Below, piece after piece: positions 28,766-38,638 of a stretch of 64,000 bases of DNA. The stretch spans positions 64,001 through 128,000 of the forward strand of contig CAVQGX010000046.1 in assembly GCA_963712115.1 (NCBI GenBank), written 5' to 3'. Position 1 is the first letter of the stretch. Each line of letters starts with the position of its first letter. The position numbers and the translations under genes were made by a program. The stretch is from an uncultured delta proteobacterium (GTDB lineage: Bacteria; Desulfobacterota; Syntrophobacteria; BM002). The notes beneath the pieces are model-generated. The model did not search any database. It was not told where the DNA came from and worked only from the letters and a program-made list of their open reading frames with translations.

Positions 28766-28853
28766 TACAAATCCTCCTGCTTTAGGAATCTAAGGTGGTG
28801 CGGTCCGACAGAGACCACCGTCCGGTTGACATGGATAGAGTTTGCTGGTCTTT

Positions 28854-30437
28854 TTATGGAATAGCCAACAGTTGCACAGAATTAACGTTGGCAAGATCCA
28901 TAAGGTCTTCCATGGTCTTTTCGTCCACCGGGCTATCAACCCTGAGGAGCAGAACATTCTCTCCCGTTTCAATGATCTGGCCGGCTTTCCACATTGAGAT
29001 ATTGATATTGTGCTTGCCAAAGCAGGTGCCGATGCTCCCGAACGTCCCGGGCACATCTTCATTGTAAATGAGCACCAGATTTCCCCTCATGTCTGCCTCT
29101 AGAGAAATGTCATTGAAACGAACGAGCCTAGGTTCCTTTTTTCCAAACAACGTTCCCGAGGCCGATGTTTCTTCAGCCGTACTCCTCACCCGAATGGTAA
29201 TAAGATTCAGGTAATCCTGGGCCTCCTCACTCCGGGAATCCTTGACAAAAATCCCCCTTTCCCTGGCCAGAATCGGAGCGTTCACATAGTTTACCTCGTG
29301 TTGGAGGATAGGCTCCAAAAGCCCTTTCAGGGCTGACAGGGTGATAGGTGCTGTGTCCAGCTGAGCAACACCGCCCATGTATTCGATGGTCACCTCTTTC
29401 ATGGCGCCCTGAGTTGTCTGTCCCAGAAAAGACCCTAATCTCTCAGCCAATGTGAGGTAATGGCAAATCTCGCTCATAAGTTCGCAGGTTATCTGGGGAG
29501 TATTTACCGCATTACGAATGCCCCCAGCGAGAAGAAACTCTTTTATCTGCTCGGCCACGGACACGGCCACATTCTCTTGGGCTTCACCGGTGGAGGCCCC
29601 TAGATGGGGAGTGCAGATCACTTGATCTAATTTGAGAAGTGGATGGTCCCCGGGCGGTTCTTGTTCAAACACATCGAGGGCTGCCCCTGCTACCTTGCCA
29701 TTGGAAATTGCCTCATATAGGTCCTGCTCGCTGACAATGCCGCCCCGGGCGCAGTTAATTATCATGACACCGTCCTTCATTTTGGCGAAGGCCTCACGGT
29801 TGAGCAGTCCCTTTGTCTCCCTGGTGAGAGGTGTGTGTACGCTTATGTAGTCTGAGCTCTGGAAAAGCCGATCTAAATCAACGGGAACAACCCCCAGTTT
29901 CTGAATGGTCTCAGGCTCCATGTGGGGGTCGTAGGCAATCACTTGCATCCGCAACCCTAGGGCACGTTCGGCCACAATCCGTCCGATGCGGCCGATGCCC
30001 ATTATTCCCAAGGTTTTGCGGAATACTTCTTGTCCAAGAAATCTCTTTTTTTCCCATTTTCCGGTTTTCATAGAAGTGGTGGCTTGATGGATATTCCTGG
30101 ACAGGGCCATAAGCATGGCTATGGAGTGTTCGGCCGTGGTAATCACATTTCCATCAGGGGTGTTCATTACCACAATACCTCGTTTGCTCGCCGCCGGGAT
30201 ATCTACGTTATCCAGCCCTATTCCGGCTCGACCAATTACTCTTAGCCTCCCAGCCGCCGCAATTAGCTCCGAAGTCACCTTGGTGCCACTCCTGATGATT
30301 AGTGCCTCAGCATCACTGATAGCACTCTTGAGATCTTCCGGAGAAAGCCCGGGTTTGAATTCCACCTCGAATTCAGGGACACTGCTTAGCAGATCAATCC
30401 CTTTCTGAGCGAGGTTGTCACTAATAAGGATTTTCAT
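28854..30437 (-). CDS. serA: D-3-phosphoglycerate dehydrogenase (long form with ASB and ACT domains)
   Basis: IGRAGIGLDNVD, GIGRIG, INCARGG, TPHLGAST.EAQ. Confidence 0.95.
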   Translation of the reverse strand: MKILISDNLAQKGIDLLSSVPEFEVEFKPGLSPEDLKSAISDAEALIIRSGTKVTSELIAAAGRLRVIGRAGIGLDNVDIPAASKRGIVVMNTPDGNVITTAEHSIAMLMALSRNIHQATTSMKTGKWEKKRFLGQEVFRKTLGIMGIGRIGRIVAERALGLRMQVIAYDPHMEPETIQKLGVVPVDLDRLFQSSDYISVHTPLTRETKGLLNREAFAKMKDGVMIINCARGGIVSEQDLYEAISNGKVAGAALDVFEQEPPGDHPLLKLDQVICTPHLGASTGEAQENVAVSVAEQIKEFLLAGGIRNAVNTPQITCELMSEICHYLTLAERLGSFLGQTTQGAMKEVTIEYMGGVAQLDTAPITLSALKGLLEPILQHEVNYVNAPILARERGIFVKDSRSEEAQDYLNLITIRVRSTAEETSASGTLFGKKEPRLVRFNDISLEADMRGNLVLIYNEDVPGTFGSIGTCFGKHNINISMWKAGQIIETGENVLLLRVDSPVDEKTMEDLMDLANVNSVQLLAIP

Positions 30438-30578
30438 TTAATTTTGTCCTCCTGAAACTCTAATTTAATTTTTTCAAGAATAGCTTAGTTAAGCGAATAT
30501 ATACCTCCCAGACTGTTCCTAAGATGATTGTCCGTAGCCTAACTAGCTAATCTTGAGAGCGCAAGAAAAAAGTGGTCA

Positions 30579-31238
30579 TTATGTCTCAAAGCTTGTCTCC
30601 AGCTTTGGCGAGCCTAGCCGACGTCGCATCACATAAACAAGAAGGTAAACAAAAGGCGTATCTAGTAAGGCGATCCCCACTTTTACAACCCATTGTCCCA
30701 ATATGAGTGGCATCACCGGCATGGAACCATAGAAAGCAATGGTAATGAACACCACACTGTCCAATAATTGGGAGACAATCGTAGAGGCATTGTTCCGCAA
30801 CCATAGAAATCGTTCGGTAGTCACTCGCTTCCAGAAATGGAAGGCCCAGACATCATGATACTGACTGAAGAGATAGGCGGTTAGACTGGCTACCATTATT
30901 CGGGCGCTACTCCCAAGGATGGTCTGGTATGATTGCTGATGGGGCCAGAAAGAGGCTGGAGGCCATACAATACTTGCGGTTGTCAGGACAAAGACTAGCA
31001 CCAGAGTAATAAACCCGCCCATAACCACTGTCTGAGCCTGCTCTTTACCCCAGATCTCACTGATGACATCCGTGATCAGGAAGGTGAGGCAATAGGCTAA
31101 CACCCCGGCCGGAACAACTAGTGATCCCACCGCAATAATTTTGCTTGCCATCACAGCAGCAAGCACCAAGCTCCCGGCATAAATGCAAGCCAGTAGAGCC
31201 AGGTATTTTAGCCCTCGCTGCGAATCATTCGATGTCAT
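30579..31238 (-). CDS. yhhQ: Queuosine precursor transporter (YhhQ/VUT family)
   Basis: FLITDVISEIWG, ASLTAYL.SQ..DV, LWLRNNAST.VSQ..D, DTPFVY. Confidence 0.9.
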   Translation of the reverse strand: MTSNDSQRGLKYLALLACIYAGSLVLAAVMASKIIAVGSLVVPAGVLAYCLTFLITDVISEIWGKEQAQTVVMGGFITLVLVFVLTTASIVWPPASFWPHQQSYQTILGSSARIMVASLTAYLFSQYHDVWAFHFWKRVTTERFLWLRNNASTIVSQLLDSVVFITIAFYGSMPVMPLILGQWVVKVGIALLDTPFVYLLVYVMRRRLGSPKLETSFET

Positions 31239-31635
31239 GAGCTTTATGCTCCACCCTTACAGTCAACCCTATCCCACCTCTGGGATTCATTTCACTTTCC
31301 ACCTCCATCCAGCGGGGACGGCATATTTCGACCAGATCGTCGAGGATGCGATTGGCCATATCCTCAGCGAACATGCCACTTTGCCTATAACTGAAAAGAT
31401 ACAGCTTCAGTGATTTGGACTCCAGACATTGACGATAGGGGATATAGGTTATGGTTATTCGGTAAAAGTCGGGTTGACCGGTGATTGGACACAAACTGGT
31501 CAATTCACTGGTGGTGAAAGTCACCTTGTAGCCCCGATCCGGATGGGGGTTGTCAAAAGTCTCCAATAGCTTTGGATTCACTTCGTATTCATACTTGGTC
31601 TCACCACTGCCAAGATGCCGGAAGTTATCAGTCAT
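31225..31635 (-). CDS. queF: NADPH-dependent preQ0 reductase (short type I)
   Basis: ELTSLCPITGQPDF, ESKSLKLYLFSY, PRGGI. Confidence 0.95.
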   Translation of the reverse strand: MTDNFRHLGSGETKYEYEVNPKLLETFDNPHPDRGYKVTFTTSELTSLCPITGQPDFYRITITYIPYRQCLESKSLKLYLFSYRQSGMFAEDMANRILDDLVEICRPRWMEVESEMNPRGGIGLTVRVEHKAHDIE

Positions 31636-31669
31636 CGTTCTTTCCCCCAAATCTGTAAGACATCAAAAG

Positions 31670-31893
31670 CTCACCACAGAGACTCACGGGAGAAAAATCC
31701 GAAATCCGAATATCTAAATCCGAAACAAACTCGAATTTCCGAAATCCAAATGACCAAAACACCGGACCTGTCTCTTTGGGTAGTCATGTTTTGAACATTT
31801 GAGCATTCGGATTTTAGATTTGTTTCGTGCTTCGGATTTAGGATTTAGGATTTTGAGTGTACACCCCCTATGTAATCTCTGTGTTTTCTCCGT
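31670..31893. repeat. Nested element: ACCACAGAG-type outer arms around ~67 bp AAATCCG / CGGATTT inverted arms
   Basis: Left 31694-31760, right 31788-31854; same architecture as 58984-59210. Confidence 0.85.
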
Positions 31894-31989
31894 TAGGAAT
31901 AACCGAATTTTAGAACCTTTTCTCCTGATGAGCAAGGATGTTCGCAGGCAAGGAAATATTTGTTGGCAATTTTAAGTTCACAAATGTTA

Positions 31990-32190
31990 ACCTGGATGTT
32001 TCATGAATTCACGCCTTGGCGTGACTGCGACCACGGATATGGCCGTTCTTCCTGTCGTCCTCGGGTGTCGGTCCCTGCGACGTACCGTTCAGGTACGCCT
32101 CGGCACCAATCCCGCGGTACCGCGGGACGGTTGCCAGGTGAAACGCCCATCTTCGCGGTCTCGCGACAGTAATTCATGAAACATCCGGGT
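31990..32190. mobile_element. MITE family A, full-length copy
   Basis: TIR acctggatgtttcatgaatt / aattcatgaaacatccgggt; colinear with the reverse complement of 61547-61722. Confidence 0.85.
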
Positions 32191-32203
32191 GGGCTGCTTA
32201 TCG

Positions 32204-32229
32204 CTTTAATGAACGACTGTTCATTAAAG
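32204..32229. promoter_or_regulatory. Secondary operator-like inverted repeat
   Basis: CTTTAATGAAC-GACT-GTTCATTAAAG, sharing AATGAAC half-sites with the main operator. Confidence 0.55.
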
Positions 32230-32328
32230 AAATTCTCTTTTTGCCCTCTTAGGTGAAACTAAAACATTTGATTTTTTAAGCCACAAATGCAAGTAACCAC
32301 ATTATTTATTTTCACAAATACAAAATCG

Positions 32329-32358
32329 TTGACATCTTGGCGAGGCAAAATGTATAAT
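32329..32358 (+). promoter_or_regulatory. sigma70 promoter of the tetR-fad operon
   Basis: TTGACA-N18-TATAAT. Confidence 0.8.
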
Positions 32359-32365
32359 AGCTTTA

Positions 32366-32385
32366 ATGAATGAACGTTCATTCAT
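32366..32385. promoter_or_regulatory. FadR(YsiA)-type TetR operator at the predicted transcription start
   Basis: Perfect palindrome ATGAATGAACGTTCATTCAT resembling the Bacillus FadR box TGAATGA-N4-TCATTCA. Confidence 0.8.
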
Positions 32386-32443
32386 AAATTAACTGGTCAT
32401 ACAGTAAATCCCTCCAAGAGTAGATTTGCTGAGGTTTCTGCTT

Positions 32444-33034
32444 ATGGGGCGAGTAAAAGAAACCAACGACAAGCGCGACCGGATTATGAATGCGGCCATA
32501 GCCTCCTTTGCTAAGCGCGGATATCACCAAGCAACAATTGCTGATGTGGCCCGAGAAGCGGGAGTGGCTGCTGGAACTATCTATCTCTATTTCAAGAACA
32601 AAGATGACCTCCTCGTCAGCATCTTCGAGGAGAAAGTCCAAGGGTTTATCCAAGAATTCCATCGACGGTTGAGCCAAGAAGAGAATGCAGAGGTCAAACT
32701 GAGAAAGCTTGTCCACCTCCACCTCTTCGAGATGCAGAATCATCCTGATCTTGCAGCAGTTTTTCAACTCGAACTCCGCCAGAGTCGTCATTTTATGAGC
32801 GCTTACCCAAAGACGGACCTCAAGGTTTATTTCGACCTCATTGGGGACATTATCGAGGAGGGGCAGCAGCAGGGGCTGTTTCGCAAAGATCTCTACTTGA
32901 GTGCCGTTAAAAAGGCCTTTTTTGGGGCTTTGGATGAAACGGTCACCTCATGGTTGTTGGCCGGTAAAAACTATGATCTCAGCCAGATGGCGGATCCAGT
33001 GGCCGATTTGTTTGTCCGAGGATTCAGGGAGTAG
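32444..33034 (+). CDS. fadR: TetR-family fatty acid degradation regulator (Bacillus FadR/YsiA type)
   Basis: TetR HTH VA..AGVA.GTIYLYFKNKDDLL; C-domain LAAVFQLELRQS; heads the beta-oxidation genes. Confidence 0.8.
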   Translation: MGRVKETNDKRDRIMNAAIASFAKRGYHQATIADVAREAGVAAGTIYLYFKNKDDLLVSIFEEKVQGFIQEFHRRLSQEENAEVKLRKLVHLHLFEMQNHPDLAAVFQLELRQSRHFMSAYPKTDLKVYFDLIGDIIEEGQQQGLFRKDLYLSAVKKAFFGALDETVTSWLLAGKNYDLSQMADPVADLFVRGFRE

Positions 33035-33042
33035 CCCTCTTT

Positions 33043-33152
33043 AGCTGTCAGCCATCAGCTGTCAGCAAGAAGGCAGAAAACTTGCATGACTAACAGGGGA
33101 TTCTTTCGGACTATTCATATCATAGTTTTTCCTGAAGGCTGAACGCTGATCG
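33043..33152. repeat. Inverted heptamer arms (GCTGTCA / GCTGAAC family)
   Basis: agctgtcagccatcagctgtcagc ... ctgaaggctgaacgctgatcgc. Confidence 0.65.
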
Positions 33153-33169
33153 CCGCGAAGGAGACAAAA

Positions 33170-35029
33170 ATGGCAAATTCAGTGGTGGACAAAAGAGATG
33201 TCAAATTCGTGCTCTATGAGCAACTCGACATCGAACAACTGAGCAACACCGCCAAATATGCAGAGTATTCCAAGGAAATGTACGATATGGTCCTAGAGCA
33301 GGCATGGAAATTGGCGGAAAATGAAATGGAGCCCGCTAATAGTAAGGGCGACCGGGATGGCTGCGTCTGGGAAGACGGCAAGGTGAGGGTTCCTGAGTCC
33401 TTTCATCGTCCTTATCAGATGTACCGAGAAGGTGGTTGGCTCCCCATCTCAGAAGATGTGGAAGCGGGTGGCCAGGGTTTCCCGGTGGTCATGGGATTGT
33501 CAGCCGTCGAAGCCTTCGGCGCCGCGAACTTAGCTCTTTTTTTGTACCCCGGCCTTACGCATGGGGCAGCAAGGCTGCTTGAGGTCTATGGAACCGAGAC
33601 GCAAAAGCGCAATTTCATGGACAAACTATACAGCGGCGAGTGGTGCGGTACCATGTGCCTCACTGAACCTCAGGCTGGAAGCGATGTTGGCGCCTCTCGC
33701 ACCAAGGCAGTCCCTAATCAGGACGGCTCTTATAGCATCTCCGGCACAAAAATCTTTATCTCCTGTGGCGAACATGACCTAACAGAAAATATAGTCCACA
33801 TGGTGCTGGCCCGGATCGAAGGTGCCCCCCCTGGGACCAAAGGTCTCTCTCTGTTCATTATTCCCAAACTACGCCCAGAAAACGGACAACTGGTGGATAA
33901 CGATGTTAATTGCGGCGGTATCGAGCACAAGATGGGAATTCACGGCTCCTCCACCTGCACTTTGAACTTTGGCGAGAATAACAACTGCACCGGCTACCTT
34001 TTGGGCATAGAAAACCAAGGAATGCGCATAATGTTTCAGATGATGAACGAGTCCAGACTCTTTATAGGGATGCAGGGCCAGAGCCATGCCAGCGCCGCCT
34101 TCCTGTATGCTCTGCAGTACGCCAAAGAGAGGACCCAAGGTTCCGATGTCAGCCGGTTAAAGGATCCCTCTGCGCCCAAAGTGGCCATCATCAATCATCC
34201 CGATGTGCGGCGGATGCTCATGTTTATGAAGTCTGTAACAGAAGGGTTGCGGGCTCTACTATATTATGTAGGCTTTTGCGAAGACATGGTCCGTTCCACC
34301 GAAAGCGACGAGGAGAAAGAGAAGTATCAGGACTTTATTGATATCCTCATCCCGGTCTGCAAGGCCTACGGCAGCGACATGGGATTCAGGGTTTGTGAAA
34401 CCGCTATCCAGGTACTCGGTGGCTATGGCTATTGCCAGGAACATCCGGTGGAGCAATTTTTGCGAGACTGCAAAATCGCTTCTATTTATGAGGGTACCAA
34501 CGGAATACAGGCCTTGGACTTAGTAGGTCGCAAGTTGGTGGTCAAGAGAGGACAGCTTTTCAAACGACTTATAGGGGAAACCGAAGACTTCCTTAAGTGG
34601 GCCCGTAAAAATTTTGAACTGCGGGAACTAGTGGCCACCTTCGAAGCTGCCCGGGAGCAACTCATTCAAGTGACCAAGTACTTTGGTCTCAAAGGAATGA
34701 CTGCAGACTATGTCGTACCCCTTCTTTATGCTACTCCCTATTTGGAATTGTTTGGGGATGTTGCCGTGGGGTTTATGCTCCTGTGGCAGGCGCTCATCGC
34801 CCACAGGCGTCTGCAGGAGATCTATGTTGATGCAGGAGCCAAAGATGGAGAATCGCAGAAGGAGGTCTTGGCCACAAACCGTAGCGCTGCCTTTTATCGA
34901 GGCAAGGTAGCTTCAGCTGAATTCTTCATTACTAATGTCCTCTCTCTGTCTAGGGGCAAGGCCAAAGCAATTATGAGCGGGCAGCGGGCAGCAGTTGACA
35001 TCCCAGAGGAGTCATTCGCTCTGAGCTGA
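33170..35029 (+). CDS. Acyl-CoA dehydrogenase (long ~600 aa type)
   Basis: GTMCLTEPQAGSD, GTKIFIS, EHKMGIHGS, GGYGY, IYEGTNGIQALDL. Confidence 0.95.
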   Translation: MANSVVDKRDVKFVLYEQLDIEQLSNTAKYAEYSKEMYDMVLEQAWKLAENEMEPANSKGDRDGCVWEDGKVRVPESFHRPYQMYREGGWLPISEDVEAGGQGFPVVMGLSAVEAFGAANLALFLYPGLTHGAARLLEVYGTETQKRNFMDKLYSGEWCGTMCLTEPQAGSDVGASRTKAVPNQDGSYSISGTKIFISCGEHDLTENIVHMVLARIEGAPPGTKGLSLFIIPKLRPENGQLVDNDVNCGGIEHKMGIHGSSTCTLNFGENNNCTGYLLGIENQGMRIMFQMMNESRLFIGMQGQSHASAAFLYALQYAKERTQGSDVSRLKDPSAPKVAIINHPDVRRMLMFMKSVTEGLRALLYYVGFCEDMVRSTESDEEKEKYQDFIDILIPVCKAYGSDMGFRVCETAIQVLGGYGYCQEHPVEQFLRDCKIASIYEGTNGIQALDLVGRKLVVKRGQLFKRLIGETEDFLKWARKNFELRELVATFEAAREQLIQVTKYFGLKGMTADYVVPLLYATPYLELFGDVAVGFMLLWQALIAHRRLQEIYVDAGAKDGESQKEVLATNRSAAFYRGKVASAEFFITNVLSLSRGKAKAIMSGQRAAVDIPEESFALS

Positions 35030-35051
35030 AAAATAGCAACGGGGTTGTATT

Positions 35052-35183
35052 AACCACAAAGAGCACGAAGGTATCTAATTGCAGATTGCAGAATCTCCCA
35101 GTTCCAACTTTTGTCAATCTAGAATCTCAGATGCCAAATCTACAATCTCAAATCTAAAATCTCCTTTTGTGTCCTTCGTGGTG
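35052..35183. repeat. Two-level nested arms (ACCACAAAG / CTTCGTGGT outside, ATTGCAG / AATCT inside)
   Basis: aaccacaaagagcacgaag [..] tttgtgtccttcgtggt enclosing aattgcagattgcagaat / aatctagaatctc..aaatctacaatctcaaatct. Confidence 0.8.
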
Positions 35184-35221
35184 TGATACTTGCCTTTGTT
35201 CTCTAATTAAGGAGTCAAGAT

Positions 35222-36457
35222 ATGAAAGCACGAGAAGTGGTCCTGGTGGATGGCATTCGCACAGCCTTCGGTAGGGCCGGAGAAAAAGGATTCTTTTGGC
35301 ACACTCGCGCCGATGACATGGTGGTGAAAGTAATCCGCGAGCTTCTCCGCCGCAATCCTCAGGTTACACCTGACATGGTGGAGGAGAATGTCTGGGGAGC
35401 CACAACTCAAGAGGGAGATCAGGGCCTTACCCTCGGGAGAACCTCCGCCATACTCGCCGGACTTTCTGAGAAATGCGCTGGTGCTTCCATAGATCGTATG
35501 TGCGCCGGAGGCATGACAGCTGTCACCACTGCCGCTTCAGAGATCGCTCTGGGCGCTTTTGATATCGCCATAGCAGGTGGTGTTGAGCATATGGGTCATC
35601 ACCCCATGGGCGCCACCGCGGATCCCAATCCTAGATTTCTAGTGGATCGGCTGGTTTCGGAAGATGCAATAGTCATGGGAAAAACAGCCGAGAATCTTCA
35701 CGACATGTTCCCTGAAATAACCAAGGAGATGGCGGATGAATACGCCATGCTCTCCCAGCAAAAGACTGGCAAGGCTTATAAAGAGGGCAGAATCAAAAAA
35801 ATGATTGTCCCCATGACAGTCTATACCCCTGAGGGTTGGGTGGTAGCGGATCGTGACCAACAACCTCGTCCCGATACCACCAAGGAGGGCTTACAGGACC
35901 TGCAAACGCCCTTCCGTTCTATGGGGAAGGTTACGCCCGGCAATGCCTCAGGTCTCAATGACGGTGCCTGTGGTGTTCTGCTCATGTCCGCTGATAAAGC
36001 TAAAGAATTGGACCTTCAGCCCAAGATGCGTCTAGTGGCATTCACCTACGCTGGGGTCCGAGCCGAAGTCATGGGATTAGGGCCCATCCCGGCCACCCAT
36101 AAGGTTTTCAAGATCTCAGGTTTGAGCATGGAAGATATCGATTTTATAGAACTCAATGAAGCCTTCGCCGTTCAGTGCATTGCTTTCATGCAGGAATTCA
36201 AACTTAAATGGCCTGATGAACCGCGGTTGAACCCATGGGGAGGAGCCATTGCCTTCGGACACCCTCTGGCCTCTTCTGGCCCCCGTTTGATGATTCACCT
36301 TATGCACGAGTTCGCTGCAAATCCCAAAGCTAAGTACGGGCTGGCCACAATGTGTGTGGGCCTAGGTCAAGGGGGTTCAGTAATTTGGGAAAATCTCCAA
36401 GGTAACGGCAAGAAAACACCTACGAAAAAGGCTGCAACCAAGAGGAAAAAGAAGTAA
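35222..36457 (+). CDS. fadA: 3-ketoacyl-CoA thiolase
   Basis: IDRMCAGG, GNASGLNDGA, NEAFA, GHPLASSG, MCVGLGQG. Confidence 0.9.
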   Translation: MKAREVVLVDGIRTAFGRAGEKGFFWHTRADDMVVKVIRELLRRNPQVTPDMVEENVWGATTQEGDQGLTLGRTSAILAGLSEKCAGASIDRMCAGGMTAVTTAASEIALGAFDIAIAGGVEHMGHHPMGATADPNPRFLVDRLVSEDAIVMGKTAENLHDMFPEITKEMADEYAMLSQQKTGKAYKEGRIKKMIVPMTVYTPEGWVVADRDQQPRPDTTKEGLQDLQTPFRSMGKVTPGNASGLNDGACGVLLMSADKAKELDLQPKMRLVAFTYAGVRAEVMGLGPIPATHKVFKISGLSMEDIDFIELNEAFAVQCIAFMQEFKLKWPDEPRLNPWGGAIAFGHPLASSGPRLMIHLMHEFAANPKAKYGLATMCVGLGQGGSVIWENLQGNGKKTPTKKAATKRKKK

Positions 36458-36536
36458 TCGGTTTAGTCAGTTTGGTCGGTTTGGCCAGTTTAGTCAGTTG
36501 ACCGGCTTAACTGGCATAACAGGCTCAACCGGCCAA
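36458..36536. repeat. 9-mer tandem arms (CAGTTTAGT / CCGGCTTAA family)
   Basis: tcggtttagtcagtttggtcggtttggccagtttag.. then accggcttaactggcataacaggctcaaccgg; starts at the stop codon. Confidence 0.75.
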
Positions 36537-36558
36537 CCTAATTGGTAAGGAGAAAACC

Positions 36559-38604
36559 ATGGCCAAAATAGTCACTCAGTTTTATCCGCGCTTCTATGAG
36601 TCCAGAGTGGGTAAGATTGCGCTGCTTACCATGGACAACGGAGAAGATTACAAGAAACCAACCACTTTTGACGAGGAGGCACTAAATTCTCTAAACAAGG
36701 CCCTGGACTTCATTCAGAGGGAACCTGATGTCAAAGGTCTTTTACTCACGGGAAAGCTGTACATTTTCGCCGCCGGCGCCGATCTTACCCAGATACCTTT
36801 CATCAATACTTTTGAGCAGGGAAAAGCAATTGGACAGTTTGGCCATGCAACCTTCAAGAGAATAATGGAAGTGCCTTACCCCACAGTGGCAGCGATAAAC
36901 GGTGCTGCCCTCGGCGGTGGGTTGGAGATATCACTTTACTGCGATTACCGAACAATTTCCAAGGGTGTCACTGCCATAGCCTTCCCCGAGTGTTTTTTGG
37001 GTCTCATTCCTGGCTGGGGTGGTTCCACTTTGGCACCCCGGTTGATTGGCCCAGAGAAGGCGCTGGAACTGATCATCTATAATCCCCTTAACCAAAATCG
37101 CATGATCAAAGGGTTCCAGGCTTTCGAGATGGGGCTGGCAGACCGCTTATTTGATACTGCTGAGTTCCTGGACGATTCTATTCGTTTTCTGGAAGGGATC
37201 ATAGATGGCAGCGAGAAGGTTGAGCCTAAACCGGCTGACTCCAGCAATCTAAAATCGCTCCTGGGAAAAGCCCGTAGTTTTGTGGACAGCAAGGTTCATG
37301 GTGCCGCCATTGCTCCTTATAGAGCCCTGGAATTGATCGAGGGCGCATTCAGCTGGGACGTAGATCAGGGATTCGCCGAGGAAGATAAAGCCCTAGGCGA
37401 CCTCATCAAAAGCCGCCAATGTAAGGCCAGTGTATATTCCTTTGATTTGGTTCAGCGACGGGCCAAGCGTCCTGCAGGAGTTCCAAAAGTAGAGCCCCTG
37501 AAAGTTGCCAAAATCGGGATCATCGGGGCGGGTCTCATGGCCTCCCAACTGGCCCTTTTATTCCTCCGACGCTACGAGATACCTGTGGTGATGAAAGACA
37601 TCAAGCAGGAATTTGTTGACAAGGGCATTGGATACATCCGGGCGGAACTGGATAAACTGGTGGAAAAAGGAAGGTTGCTCGAGGCCAAAGCACGCTACCT
37701 TTTCACCCTGGTGAAGGGTACTCTCGATTGGACCGATTTTGCCGACTGTGACTTCGTCATCGAGGCGGTTTTTGAGCAGATGCAGGTAAAACAGCAGGTA
37801 TTTGCCGAGGCCGAGGAGGTAGTCTCATCTAATTGCATCCTTGCCACCAACACCTCTAGCCTTTCTATAACAGCCATGGCCTCGAAGCTCAGACATCCTG
37901 AGAGGGTGGTAGGACTTCACTTTTTCAACCCTGTTGCAGTGCTGCCGCTGGTAGAGATAATCCCCGGAGGCAAAACAAACGACGTCACTCTTGCCACCAC
38001 TTTCTCCGTTGCCAAGCAACTGAGGAAGACTGCAATACGAGTGAAGGATTCTGCTGGATTTCTGGTCAATCGCATTCTGACCAAAATGCTGGTGGACTGT
38101 CTCGATATGGTTGATGAGGGAGCTGATTTTCAATTTGTTGATGAGGTCGCGCTCAGCCTGGGGTTGCCCATGGCACCTTTTGAACTGTTGGGGTTTGTCG
38201 GACCGGCCGTAGCAGCTCATGTGCAACAGACCTTGAACCGCGCTTTCGGACCTCAACGCTTTCCCATTAACGAGAATTTGAAGCGAATGGTTGACGCTAA
38301 TATCCCGGGGATCTATGTGGGTGAGCCTCCAAACCTTAGATTAAATCCGGCACTAAAGGATTTATGGCAGAAAAAGGGAGAAAAGGATTTCCGCAAAGAG
38401 GAGATCATCGAGCGTGTCCTTACCAGCCTTACCCGCGAGATTGATCTCATCCTGGAGGAGAAAGTCGTGGGAGACACCAGGGACGTGGATTTAGCCATGA
38501 TCATGGGCGCGGGCTGGCCATTCTTCATGGGTGGGGTAACCATGTACCTTGATTTGGCGGGGTATACACCCAAGGTGTTGCAGAAGGTGTTCTTTACTTT
38601 CTAG
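36559..38604 (+). CDS. fadB: Multifunctional enoyl-CoA hydratase / 3-hydroxyacyl-CoA dehydrogenase
   Basis: FAAGADL, GGGLE, PECFLG; GAGLMA, IEAVFE, TNTSSLS, HFFNP. Confidence 0.9.
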   Translation: MAKIVTQFYPRFYESRVGKIALLTMDNGEDYKKPTTFDEEALNSLNKALDFIQREPDVKGLLLTGKLYIFAAGADLTQIPFINTFEQGKAIGQFGHATFKRIMEVPYPTVAAINGAALGGGLEISLYCDYRTISKGVTAIAFPECFLGLIPGWGGSTLAPRLIGPEKALELIIYNPLNQNRMIKGFQAFEMGLADRLFDTAEFLDDSIRFLEGIIDGSEKVEPKPADSSNLKSLLGKARSFVDSKVHGAAIAPYRALELIEGAFSWDVDQGFAEEDKALGDLIKSRQCKASVYSFDLVQRRAKRPAGVPKVEPLKVAKIGIIGAGLMASQLALLFLRRYEIPVVMKDIKQEFVDKGIGYIRAELDKLVEKGRLLEAKARYLFTLVKGTLDWTDFADCDFVIEAVFEQMQVKQQVFAEAEEVVSSNCILATNTSSLSITAMASKLRHPERVVGLHFFNPVAVLPLVEIIPGGKTNDVTLATTFSVAKQLRKTAIRVKDSAGFLVNRILTKMLVDCLDMVDEGADFQFVDEVALSLGLPMAPFELLGFVGPAVAAHVQQTLNRAFGPQRFPINENLKRMVDANIPGIYVGEPPNLRLNPALKDLWQKKGEKDFRKEEIIERVLTSLTREIDLILEEKVVGDTRDVDLAMIMGAGWPFFMGGVTMYLDLAGYTPKVLQKVFFTF

Positions 38605-38638
38605 AGGGACTGCCTCGTACACAAACGCGGGGTCCTGC

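Noticed and set aside
31895-31930. preQ1 riboswitch upstream of queF
   Set aside because: An AGGTTCTA word is present on the minus strand but there is no closing P1 stem or A-rich tail, and it is separated from the gene by repeats.
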